64,000 nt of DNA, from assembly GCA_016199525.1 (NCBI GenBank), contig JACQGL010000205.1, forward strand, positions 712-64,711, in the 5' to 3' direction. The translations under genes were made by a program, and so were the position numbers. The notes below the pieces were generated by a model, which was not told where the DNA came from, did no database searches, and worked only from the letters and a program-made list of their open reading frames with translations. Of the stretch, positions 9,909 to 19,026 are shown piece after piece; the first letter of the stretch is position 1; each line of letters opens with the position of its first letter. This stretch comes from Armatimonadota bacterium. Its GTDB lineage: Bacteria > Armatimonadota > SYMT01 > JACQGL01.

Positions 9909-9963
9909 TAGTCAGCTCGCCAGCAGGCGAAGTTGGCTGGCAAGCAGTGGTACAAAGATAGAA

Positions 9964-10054
9964 CGGAGCGACTGGGATTCGAACCCAGGAGGGAGCTTTG
10001 AGACCCCCTACACGCTCTCCAGGCGTGCTCCTTCAGCCACTCGGACATCGCTCC
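9964..10054 (-). tRNA. tRNA-Ser (anticodon GGA), long variable arm, CCA not encoded
   Basis: The reverse complement folds as a cloverleaf: acceptor GGAGCGA/TCGCTCC, anticodon stem CACGC/GCGTG with loop CTGGAGA, a long variable arm, and T-arm CTGGG-TTCGAAT-CCCAG. Confidence 0.85.
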
Positions 10055-10124
10055 GTATGAGGTGAGCGAGATTGTACCACGGCGCCAGAGCAGTGTCAAG
10101 CAAGCGTCGGCCCCCCGGCGAACC

Positions 10125-10703
10125 TCACCGCCCCTCTTCGCGGTCCCGATGTATCTGGCTGGGTGTCGGCCCGACCTGGTCCTGATACTTGCTTCCCGGC
10201 CGACTCCCGTACGGGCGCGCGGCCGGCGAGGTGAGCCACTGGAACGAAATCTGGCAGATGCGCATGTTCGGGTGCAGCGCCACCGGCATCTTGCCCACAT
10301 TAGAGAGTTCCAGAGTAACCGTGCCCCTAAACCCCGCGTCCACGAATCCGGCGGTGGCGTGAACCATCACCGCCAGCCGCCCGATGCTGGATCGGCCGTC
10401 CACGCGGGCCACGAGATCCTCTGGCACCTCCACGCGCTCCTTGGTTGTTGCCAGCACGAACTCCCCCGGGTGCAGCATAAACACTTCGCCGTCGGGGACC
10501 TCAACCACCTCAGTATATGCCGTTGGGTCATCCAGCCGTGGATCGATGTAGGGCTTGAGCGACGTGCGAAAGATGACGAATCGGTTGCCCAAGCGCAGGT
10601 CCACCGAGCAGGGCTGAATCTGCACGTCGATGTCTTCCAGAGGGCCGATAACGATTCGGCCCGCTTCCAGTGCCGCGCGGATGTCTCTATCGGAGAGGAT
10701 CAT
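10125..10703 (-). CDS. dcd: dCTP deaminase
   Basis: N-terminus [19 protein letters not shown], 192 aa, typical Dcd. Confidence 0.9.
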   Translation of the reverse strand: MILSDRDIRAALEAGRIVIGPLEDIDVQIQPCSVDLRLGNRFVIFRTSLKPYIDPRLDDPTAYTEVVEVPDGEVFMLHPGEFVLATTKERVEVPEDLVARVDGRSSIGRLAVMVHATAGFVDAGFRGTVTLELSNVGKMPVALHPNMRICQISFQWLTSPAARPYGSRPGSKYQDQVGPTPSQIHRDREEGR

Positions 10704-11488
10704 TGGCTATCTGAAGGAGCGGTTCACCGCACCGGCGCAGAGCGGAGAGCGTGGATCTCCAAAGTGCGAAGCAGGATCCAGACCTCCGAGCGTCGGATCT
10801 ATTGCCTCGATGGGCAGCGCCAGCGCACTGGCAGCGTACTCCTCTGGCTCGACGGGATACCAGTCTTACCCATACGGGGCCGTCGGGCCAGGCCGAAGCG
10901 ACAGCGGCGGATGGCACCCGCCATCTCTTCCATCTTAACCGTTCCGATCTCCTGCCGTCCGTTCGCCCGGCAACGCCGGGAGTAGCAGGCGGCCTTCCAG
11001 GGGGAGGGTTGTTCTGCCAGACTGGATGTGATACGCTCTTCCAGCGGAAGCCAGGCACGCCTGGCCGCTGGCATAGCAGGTGTCCCCTGTTCGCAGCCGG
11101 AGAAGGAGAAGGATTGTCTGGCTGCCGAATTCGTATGAGATGGCAGCCGTGCACGGTTGTAGAGAGGTCTGGAGGACGCGCGTCAATTTTGTGCCCTGCC
11201 CGCCACCCAGTGGTGCACCTGCTGCCGGCGCTGCTTCTGCATTCCAGCGCACTACTTCGGGCGAGTGGTCGGCGGGCAACCGTGGCCGGTTCCTGCGCAA
11301 GCGGCTCGCGGCGCGGGCGGCGGTAGACCAGCGTGTCGGGCTGCCTCTGGGAGCGGCGCTATTCCGGATGCGCCCGGTGGCGGGGACGATTCGTTGCCGG
11401 CCATGGTGACTGATCCAGGAGAGCTGTCGGCGGCTGGTCAAGATTCCCCGACTCGCCGCCCCGCATCGCTGGCAAAGGTGGAGCGCGC

Positions 11489-13507
11489 GTGTTGCGTCGC
11501 CAGAACCCGATGACTCGCTCGCACCTCGACGTGGAAGCATTTCCTTCGCCACCACCCGGCCCCGAAGGGGAGGTATCCCTCCTCGAAGGCGCCGTGCGTC
11601 ACGCCCTGTCGCTCGGCACACGCTGGCTGCTCGCGGACCAGCGGCCGGATGGCCACTGGGTGGGAGAGCTGGAGGGCGATACCATCCTGGAGTCGGAGTA
11701 CGTGCTGCTCCGCCACTTTATGGGCTGCCTGGATGCCGACCGCCTGCGCCAGCTGGGGAACCATCTGCGGCACACGCAGCTGGCGGAAGGCGGCTGGGCG
11801 CTCTACCCCGGCGGTCCTCCTAACCTGAGCGCCTCTGTGAAGGCCTACCTCGCGCTGCGCCTGGCAGGGCTGGATGCCGATCACCCGGAAATGGTCCGCG
11901 CCCGCCAGATCATCCTGCGCCTGGGCGGCGTTACGGCCTGCAACACGTTCACCAGGATCTACCTGGCCATTTTCGGCCAGTACGACTGGGACGGTACCCC
12001 CGTTGTGCCGCCGGAACTGGTGCTGCTGCCCCGCTGGAGCTACCTTAACCTGCACGAGATTTCCTCCTGGTCCCGCGCCATCCTGGTGCCACTGGCGATT
12101 ATCTGCGCTCACCGGCCCTATTGCCCGTTGCCACGCGGGATCAACATCGACGAACTGTTCGCGGGAGGGCGGCACGGCCCTCATCTCCGCCTGCCGTGGG
12201 ACCGGCGCCGCCTTTCCTGGCGCAACTTCTTCCTGCTCCTGGATCGCTGCCTGCACTGGGGCGAACGGAGCGGCTGGAAGCCGTGGCGCCGCCGTGCCCT
12301 CGCCGTGGCGGAAAAGTGGATGCTTGAGCGCTTCGCTGATAGCGGCGGCCTGGGCGCCATTTTCCCTCCCATCGTCAACGCCCTGATGGCCCTCCGCTGC
12401 CTCGGCTACCATGACGATGACCCCGCCGTCCGCTCCCAATGGCGAGAGATCGAGGCGTTCGAAATTGTGGAGGAGGATCGCATGCGGCTGCAGCCATGCG
12501 TCTCCCCCATCTGGGATACCGCCCTCGCGCTGCTGGCGCTCACGAACGCCGGAATCCCGCCCGACGATCCGACGCTGGTGCGGGCGATCGACTGGCTGCT
12601 AACAAAGCAGACGCAGAAGCGCGGGGACTGGTCCGCCAAGCGCCCGCGCGTCGAACCGGGTGGCTGGTACTTCGAGTACGAGAACGAATTCTACCCCGAC
12701 GTGGACGATACCGCGGTGGCGCTGATGGCGCTGGCCCGTATCCACCATCCCGACCAACGGGCCGTCTCCGACGCTGCGCGCCGCGGCCTGGAATGGGTAT
12801 TTGCTATGCAATGCCGCACCGGCGGCTGGGGCTCTTTCGATGTGGATAACGACCGCATGATCTTCGCCCAGATCCCGTTCGCAGACCACAACGCGATGCT
12901 CGATCCCGCCACCGCGGACATCACCGGTCGCGTGCTCGAAATGCTGGGCCATTACGGCTACGATAAGCGCGACCAGCGCGTGGCTCGCGCGGTGCGCTTC
13001 CTGAAACAGGAGCAGGAGAAAGACGGCTCGTGGTTTGGCCGCTGGGGCGTGAACTACATCTATGGCACCTGGCAGGTGCTGAAGGGTCTGCGGCTTATCG
13101 GCGAAGATATGACCGCTCCCTACGTCCGCCGCGCCGTTGAATGGCTGCGCGCGGTGCAGAACCCGGACGGCGGGTGGGGTGAATCGTGCGACTCTTACGA
13201 TGATCCAGCGCTCAAGGGCATCGGGCCCAGCACGGCGTCCCAGACGGCCTGGGCCGTGATGGGGCTGATCGCCGCGGGCGAGGCTCCCTCCGACGCGGTC
13301 CGGCGCGGCGTTAATTTCCTGGTCCGCACCCAGACTCCGGACGGCGGCTGGGACGAGCCCTGGTTCACCGGCACTGGTTTTCCCAGGGTGTTTTACCTGC
13401 GCTACCACCTGTACCGCAACTACTTCCCCGTGTTCGCGCTGGGAATGTACGCGCACGAGATCGGGATGAACCGGAACAATAAGGCAGCCGTAAATGGCCG
13501 CCAGTGA
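11489..13507 (+). CDS. shc: Squalene-hopene cyclase
   Basis: DVDDTA catalytic motif, QW repeats, ~670 aa. The start could be the downstream ATG at 11510. Confidence 0.92.
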   Translation: MLRRQNPMTRSHLDVEAFPSPPPGPEGEVSLLEGAVRHALSLGTRWLLADQRPDGHWVGELEGDTILESEYVLLRHFMGCLDADRLRQLGNHLRHTQLAEGGWALYPGGPPNLSASVKAYLALRLAGLDADHPEMVRARQIILRLGGVTACNTFTRIYLAIFGQYDWDGTPVVPPELVLLPRWSYLNLHEISSWSRAILVPLAIICAHRPYCPLPRGINIDELFAGGRHGPHLRLPWDRRRLSWRNFFLLLDRCLHWGERSGWKPWRRRALAVAEKWMLERFADSGGLGAIFPPIVNALMALRCLGYHDDDPAVRSQWREIEAFEIVEEDRMRLQPCVSPIWDTALALLALTNAGIPPDDPTLVRAIDWLLTKQTQKRGDWSAKRPRVEPGGWYFEYENEFYPDVDDTAVALMALARIHHPDQRAVSDAARRGLEWVFAMQCRTGGWGSFDVDNDRMIFAQIPFADHNAMLDPATADITGRVLEMLGHYGYDKRDQRVARAVRFLKQEQEKDGSWFGRWGVNYIYGTWQVLKGLRLIGEDMTAPYVRRAVEWLRAVQNPDGGWGESCDSYDDPALKGIGPSTASQTAWAVMGLIAAGEAPSDAVRRGVNFLVRTQTPDGGWDEPWFTGTGFPRVFYLRYHLYRNYFPVFALGMYAHEIGMNRNNKAAVNGRQ

Positions 13508-13522
13508 AACGGAAAAACAGCG

Positions 13523-14527
13523 ATGAGATTTCCGCCGCACATCACCGTCGATCTGATCCGCTACCAGGTGGCCAGGGCGCTCCGCGGGGAGCGCCGCTAC
13601 CCGATGGTGCTGATGCTGGAACCGCTTTACACCTGCAACCTGGCGTGTCTGGGCTGCTCGGTGGAGCGCCACACCGGCCGACTCCAGGACAGGCTGCCCC
13701 TGGAAGCCTGCCTGAAGGCGGTGGATGAATGCGGCGCGCCGAACGTCTCCCTCTGCGGCGGCGAGCCCACCATCTACCCCGAACTGAAAGAACTGGTGGA
13801 GGGCATCATTGCGCGGCGTCGGCATATCTACCTGTGCACCAACGCTCTCCTGCTCGATCAGAAAGTCTACGGTATTATCCCGCCTCATAAGCGACTGACC
13901 CTCAACATCCACCTCGACGGAATGCGTCCCACGCACGATTTTGTCTGCGACCGGGCGGGCGTATTCGATAAAGCAGTGGCAATGATCCGCGAGGGCAAGC
14001 GCCTGGGCTACCACGTGGTCACCAACACCACCGTCTTCAAAGATACGGATATGGAGGAGATCGAGCGGCTGTGCCAGCTGCTCACCGATATCGGGGTGGA
14101 TGGGATGCTCGTGACCCCTGGCTACGAGTATGAATCGCTGCTCGGCCGGGACCTCTTCCTCCACCGTGAGGAAACGCACGAGAAGTTTCGCCGCGTCCTG
14201 GAACTCTCCCGGCGCTACCGGCTGACCTCTACGCCGCTATTTCTGGAGTTCGTGGCCGGCCTGCGCGAGCTGCCCTGCTCCCCCTGGAGTACCGTCACGC
14301 TCACGCCAAGGGGCTGGAAGGGCCCGTGCTACCTGATCGGCCTGAAGTACTACCCCACCTGGGAGGAGTTCTGGAACGGAGTGAACTGGGAGTACTGGGA
14401 GAGCCGGCAGGATGCGCGCTGCCAGAACTGCAAGATGCACTCGGGGTTCGAGGCTTCTGCCGTCCGCGAGGCCAGCCGGAGCGTGCGTGAGCTGGGGCGG
14501 CTGCTGACCTGGAACCTGCTGGGGTAG
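13523..14527 (+). CDS. hpnH: Hopanoid biosynthesis radical SAM protein HpnH (adenosylhopane synthase)
   Basis: CNLACLGC radical-SAM cluster motif, plus YLCTNALLL, SPLFLEF and C-terminal CQNCKMHSGFEASAV, which are characteristic of HpnH. Confidence 0.9.
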   Translation: MRFPPHITVDLIRYQVARALRGERRYPMVLMLEPLYTCNLACLGCSVERHTGRLQDRLPLEACLKAVDECGAPNVSLCGGEPTIYPELKELVEGIIARRRHIYLCTNALLLDQKVYGIIPPHKRLTLNIHLDGMRPTHDFVCDRAGVFDKAVAMIREGKRLGYHVVTNTTVFKDTDMEEIERLCQLLTDIGVDGMLVTPGYEYESLLGRDLFLHREETHEKFRRVLELSRRYRLTSTPLFLEFVAGLRELPCSPWSTVTLTPRGWKGPCYLIGLKYYPTWEEFWNGVNWEYWESRQDARCQNCKMHSGFEASAVREASRSVRELGRLLTWNLLG

Positions 14528-14542
14528 CAGCACCGGAATGGC

Positions 14543-15598
14543 ATGGCTGTCCTGGTCACAGGGGGTACCGGCTTCATCGGCAGTCACATCGTCCGCGCGC
14601 TCATCGAGCGCGGCGAACGGCCCCGCTGCCTGGTGCGACGCGATAGCCGCCTGGAGAACCTGGCGGGCCTGCCGGTGGAGCGGATCGAAGGGGACCTGAC
14701 TGATCCCGCTTCCCTGGCGCGGGCAGTGCGCGGCGCCGATCAAGTCTTTCACGCCGCCGCCGACTACCGCCTCTGGTCGCGCGATCCGGCGCAACTCTAC
14801 TGCGTGAACGTGGCGGGCACGCGAGCATTGCTCCGTGCGGCGGCAGAGGCGGGGGCGAAGCGCATCGTCTACACGAGCAGCGTGGGGGCCCTGGGCATCC
14901 CCGCGGACGGCTCGCCGGGAACGGAAGAAACGCCGGTTGCTCTGGCCGATATGGTCGGCCACTACAAGCGCAGCAAATTCCTTGCGGAGCAGGAGGCGCT
15001 GCGCCTGGCCGCGCAGGGCGCGCCGGTGGTCATCGTGAATCCGAGCACGCCTGTGGGACCGGGGGACATCAAGCCGACGCCCACAGGCCAGATCATCGTC
15101 GATTTCCTGCGCGGTCGGATGCCCGCGTACGTGGATACGGGGTTGAATCTGGTGGCGGTGGAGGACGTGGCGGTGGGCCACCTCCTGGCCGCGGAGCGGG
15201 GTCGGGTGGGCGAGAAGTACATCCTGGGTTGCCGTAACCTGACGCTGCGCGAGACGCTGGAAATTCTGGCGACAGTGACCAGCTTACCTGCTCCCCGGGT
15301 TAGAATACCGTACCATGTTGCCTGGATGGTGGGCGCGCTGGACACGCTCATCAACGGCACGCTGCGGGGACGACCGCCCCGCGCGCCGCTGGAGGGGGTG
15401 CGGATGGCGCGCAAGAAAATGTTCTTCAGCGCCGAGAAAGCGGTCCGCGAGCTGGGATTGCCCCAGTCCCCGGTGGAGCAGGCGCTGGCGCGCGCCGTTG
15501 CCTGGTTCCGCGAGCATGGCTATGAGCGAGATACCGCACCGGAACCCCCGGAGGCGCGTGTTAAGCAGGGCGCCGGCGGCGGAAAGGGTCGCTTATGA
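14543..15598 (+). CDS. hpnA: NAD-dependent epimerase/dehydratase, hopanoid-associated sugar epimerase HpnA-like
   Basis: Rossmann motif VLVTGGTGFIGSH. Sits between hpnH and ispH, and has an ATGA overlap with ispH. Confidence 0.7.
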   Translation: MAVLVTGGTGFIGSHIVRALIERGERPRCLVRRDSRLENLAGLPVERIEGDLTDPASLARAVRGADQVFHAAADYRLWSRDPAQLYCVNVAGTRALLRAAAEAGAKRIVYTSSVGALGIPADGSPGTEETPVALADMVGHYKRSKFLAEQEALRLAAQGAPVVIVNPSTPVGPGDIKPTPTGQIIVDFLRGRMPAYVDTGLNLVAVEDVAVGHLLAAERGRVGEKYILGCRNLTLRETLEILATVTSLPAPRVRIPYHVAWMVGALDTLINGTLRGRPPRAPLEGVRMARKKMFFSAEKAVRELGLPQSPVEQALARAVAWFREHGYERDTAPEPPEARVKQGAGGGKGRL

Positions 15599-16470
15599 AG
15601 GTTTACCTGGCCAACGAAGTGGGCTTCTGCTTCGGAGTGAAGCGGGCCATTAATATGACCCGCCAGGCCCTGGCAGAACACAATCACGTCTTCATTCTCG
15701 GTGATGTGGTCCATAACAAGACAGTCACCTCCGAGCTGGAAGCCCGCGGACTGGTGAAGATGGATGATATCGATGGCGTCCGCGGCGGCACAATGGTTAT
15801 CCGTGCCCACGGCCTTCCAGGCGCGCAGATCCAGGAAGCTGAGGAGCGCGGCCTGAGCATCGTGGATGCCACCTGCCCGATCGTCGCTCAAGCGCAACAG
15901 GCCGCCCGCGAGCTGGAAGAGCGCGGCTGCCAGGTGGTCATCATTGGCGACAAGGACCACGCCGAGATTAAGGGGATCATGGGCGCCCTCAAGCGCCCCG
16001 CCCTGGTGGTGGACTCCATAGAAGAACTGCGCCAGGCGAAGCTGGATAAGATCCTGCTGCGCAAGGTGGGGGTCATCTTTCAGACCACCCATTCCTTCCA
16101 GCTCTGCCAGCAGATCGTCAACGAACTCATTATGATGGCCAAGGAGGTGCAGGTCATCAACACGATCTGCCGGCCGGTGCGCAACCGGCAGATGGATGCG
16201 GTGGAGCTGGCGTCCCGGGTGGATGTGATGATTGTGGTGGGCAGCCATTCCAGCGCCAATACCCTGGAGTTGAAGCACCTCTGCCAGAGATACAACCCGC
16301 GCACAATCCATATCGAGAACGCTGACGAACTCGACTTGTCCCAGTTTGAAGGTGTAGAAGCGGCGGGTCTTGCGTCTGGCCTCTCCACTCCTCCCGATCT
16401 GGTAGAGCAGGTGAGGGCGCGGCTGATCGCCTGGGACCAGCAGCGACGCGAATTGGTGAACAGCGAATAG
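15595..16470 (+). CDS. ispH: 4-hydroxy-3-methylbut-2-enyl diphosphate reductase (IspH/LytB)
   Basis: N-terminus GFCFGVKRAI, typical IspH length and motifs. Confidence 0.9.
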   Translation: MKVYLANEVGFCFGVKRAINMTRQALAEHNHVFILGDVVHNKTVTSELEARGLVKMDDIDGVRGGTMVIRAHGLPGAQIQEAEERGLSIVDATCPIVAQAQQAARELEERGCQVVIIGDKDHAEIKGIMGALKRPALVVDSIEELRQAKLDKILLRKVGVIFQTTHSFQLCQQIVNELIMMAKEVQVINTICRPVRNRQMDAVELASRVDVMIVVGSHSSANTLELKHLCQRYNPRTIHIENADELDLSQFEGVEAAGLASGLSTPPDLVEQVRARLIAWDQQRRELVNSE

Positions 16471-16524
16471 GGCAGGACGAACAGACGGGGGAGTGAACGC
16501 ACGCGGTGGCGGCTTGCTTGGGAC

Positions 16525-17334
16525 GTGACCAGCACTGCCACCCTGGTCCGGTTCATTCTTTTATTCCTGCTTCGTTCTTTGAACCCCGTGAACCCCATCG
16601 CCATTGTTACCGCGGTGCCGCTCGAGTGCGCGCCTATTCGCCGACGGCTCGCGAAGCAAGGCATCTGGCGGAGTGCACAAGAGATCTGTTCGGGTCTGGC
16701 GGGGCCGGTGGTGTTTCCTCGCGGGTGGCTCGGGGGCATCCCCGTGGTAGTTGCGTGTACCCGTGCCGGGGGCCGCAACGCGCTGTGGGGCGCCGAGCAG
16801 CTGCTCAGCGTCTGGAAGCCCCGCGCCATCATCGCCGCGGGGCTGGCGGCCGGCCTCGCCCCCGACATCCGGCGCGCCGACCTGGTCGTGGCGACGGCGG
16901 TACGCTCTGGCGAGCGCACCCTACGCTGCTGGCCGGGTCCCGAGGTCGAGTTTGCCCGCTACGGCCCCCTGCTGCACAGCGAGAAGGTGCTGATCGACCC
17001 CAGCGAAAAGCGCGCCCTCGCCGCTACCGGCGCCCTGGCCGTCGATATGGAATCCGCGGCGGTGGCCGAGGTCGCCCTTGCCGCAGGGGTTCCGTTTGCC
17101 GCTGTGCGTGCTGTCTCCGACGCCGTGGACGATCCCCTGCCTCTGGATTTCAACCGCTGCCGCACCCCCAATGGTGACATCTCCCCCCTGCGCGTGGTAC
17201 TGCGCCTCGCGCGCCAACCACGCGCGCTTCCAGGGCTGCTCCGGTTTGCGCGCCGCTGCCATGTCGCGACGTTCTCGCTCGCCGAATTCCTGGCGGCGTG
17301 GCTGCCCGGCTGGGCATCTTCCCTGCCCACCTGA
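16525..17334 (+). CDS. hpnG: Hopanoid-associated phosphorylase HpnG (PNP/UDP phosphorylase family). The start is uncertain.
   Basis: Nucleoside-phosphorylase fold motifs (IAIVTAVPLE, VDMESAAVAEVA) in hopanoid-cluster context. Confidence 0.7.
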   Translation: MTSTATLVRFILLFLLRSLNPVNPIAIVTAVPLECAPIRRRLAKQGIWRSAQEICSGLAGPVVFPRGWLGGIPVVVACTRAGGRNALWGAEQLLSVWKPRAIIAAGLAAGLAPDIRRADLVVATAVRSGERTLRCWPGPEVEFARYGPLLHSEKVLIDPSEKRALAATGALAVDMESAAVAEVALAAGVPFAAVRAVSDAVDDPLPLDFNRCRTPNGDISPLRVVLRLARQPRALPGLLRFARRCHVATFSLAEFLAAWLPGWASSLPT

Positions 17335-17376
17335 AATGCCGACGATGGACATGGACCATGCGGCCCTCCACCGAAA

Positions 17377-18813
17377 ATGCACATGCAGGCACGCGGAGAC
17401 ACGGGGATAGAGAGACAGAAAGAAAGCGAGATAGAGGGGCAGAGGGGCAGGAAACCCGGATGCGCCTTCTGCCGTCGCTCTGTATCTATCCGTCTCTCCC
17501 TCTCTTCTTTGTGCCTGGCGGGCACGCTGCTTCTCTCGGCCGCCGTCCCCAATGCGTTCGGGACACAGGCGCCGAAGCCGCTCTCGCTTGAGGAGAGCCT
17601 CGCCCAGGCGATGCGGGCCAATCCCGCCCTGGAGGCCGCCCGGCACCGCCGGAACGCCGCCCGCGTGGAGGCGGAACGCCAGCGCCCCGCTCTACGGCCG
17701 GAGGTCAATATCGTCGGCTCCCAGCTGCTCCGCGGCCCCGAAGTGACCTTTCCGCGTGGGGATGACTTGGCCACTATCGAGCCTCATTCACGGAGCCGAT
17801 TGTCGGTGGAGGTCGAGCAGCCGCTCTACCAGTTCGGCGCGGGCAGCGCCGCCAGCAGCCGATCCAAGGCCCTGGCGGCGGCGGGCGAGCAGGAGTTCCA
17901 ACGCGCACAGTTGGACCTGGCGCTGGACGTGAAGCGGGCCTATTTCGAGCTGTTATACACCCAGATGGCCGAGCGAGTAGCCGCGCAGGCGCTGGACCTG
18001 GCCCGCGAGCAGCAGCGCATCACCGCCGCCCTCCTGGAGCGGGAGCGGGTGGCGCGGCTGGAGCTGCTGGAAGCGGAACGCGGTGTGGCGGAGGCGGAAG
18101 CAGCCCTCGTCGGCGCCCGGAACGGGGCGCTCCTCGCTCGAGGGGAGCTGAACCGGCTGCTTGGCCGCCCGGTGGGCGCCACGCTGGCCATCACCCCGAT
18201 GACAAACCTGCCCCCCGAGCCGCCGCCGACCGAGCAGCTCCTCCCCGAGGCGCTCCGCGAGCGCCCCGAAGCCATAGCGATGGAGACCGGTATCCAGTCG
18301 GCGGAGGCGGGGGTGCGCCTGGCGCGGGCGGAGCGGCTCCCACGTGCTTCCCTCCAGGGGGGCTACGATCTCCAGACACCTTCCGCCTTCGTGCCGCGCA
18401 GCTCCTGGCGGGTGGCGGTGGAGATCACCGCCCCTCTGTTCGAGACGGCGCGCATACGATACAATGTCCGCGAAGCGGAGGAGCAGCTCGCCGCCTTGCG
18501 TAGCGAGCAAGAGGCCCTGGCGCAGGGCATTGCCCTGGAGATCCACGCCGCGCGGCTGGCAATGGACGAGGCGGGAAAGCGCCACGAGCTGGCCCTGCGG
18601 ATGGAGGCCGCAGCGGCGGAGGCGCAGCGCCTGGTCCAGCTGCGGTTCGAGCTGCTTCGCACCACGCCGGCCGAATTGGCAGGCGCGCGGCTCGCCCTCT
18701 CACGCGCACAGCTGGAGGGCGCGCGGGCGTTCGCCGATGTCTGGATCGCCCGGGCGCGCCTGGAGCGCGCTCTGGGGGCGCCGCTGCCGCCGCAACCTTC
18801 GGCAGTTGAATAA
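17377..18813 (+). CDS. TolC-like outer membrane efflux protein. The start may lie downstream of the annotated ATG.
   Basis: Signal-peptide-like segment LSLSSLCLAGTLLLSAAVPNAFG followed by the coiled-coil repeats typical of outer membrane factors. A purine-rich tract precedes it. Confidence 0.75.
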   Translation: MHMQARGDTGIERQKESEIEGQRGRKPGCAFCRRSVSIRLSLSSLCLAGTLLLSAAVPNAFGTQAPKPLSLEESLAQAMRANPALEAARHRRNAARVEAERQRPALRPEVNIVGSQLLRGPEVTFPRGDDLATIEPHSRSRLSVEVEQPLYQFGAGSAASSRSKALAAAGEQEFQRAQLDLALDVKRAYFELLYTQMAERVAAQALDLAREQQRITAALLERERVARLELLEAERGVAEAEAALVGARNGALLARGELNRLLGRPVGATLAITPMTNLPPEPPPTEQLLPEALRERPEAIAMETGIQSAEAGVRLARAERLPRASLQGGYDLQTPSAFVPRSSWRVAVEITAPLFETARIRYNVREAEEQLAALRSEQEALAQGIALEIHAARLAMDEAGKRHELALRMEAAAAEAQRLVQLRFELLRTTPAELAGARLALSRAQLEGARAFADVWIARARLERALGAPLPPQPSAVE

Positions 18814-18948
18814 TCCGGCGGCGTGGCTGCTGTTCAGCCTCAAGATCCTACTTCCGCTGGAACGCACGGGGTCTGGAAGTAGGAGCAAGAGCACGGTGGG
18901 TAAGGCGGCGGTGGCCTTCCGGAAGCCCCGACTCTTCGGGCCGAGGAG

Positions 18949-18972
18949 CCCTCCCGAACGCTTTCGGGAGGG
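18949..18972. repeat. Palindrome-family variant CCCTCCCGAACGCTTTCGGGAGGG (intergenic hairpin)
   Basis: 10-bp arms with a 4-nt centre, and the same CCCGAA..TTCGGG core. Confidence 0.7.
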
Positions 18973-19026
18973 CATTCGGGACTGTGCTGGTTCATTTAGA
19001 CGACTGCTCAAGGGCTTTTCTTCTCT

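Noticed and set aside
9908-10300. 130-aa ORF overlapping tRNA-Ser and the dcd 3' end
   Set aside because: It spans a structural RNA gene and has random composition.
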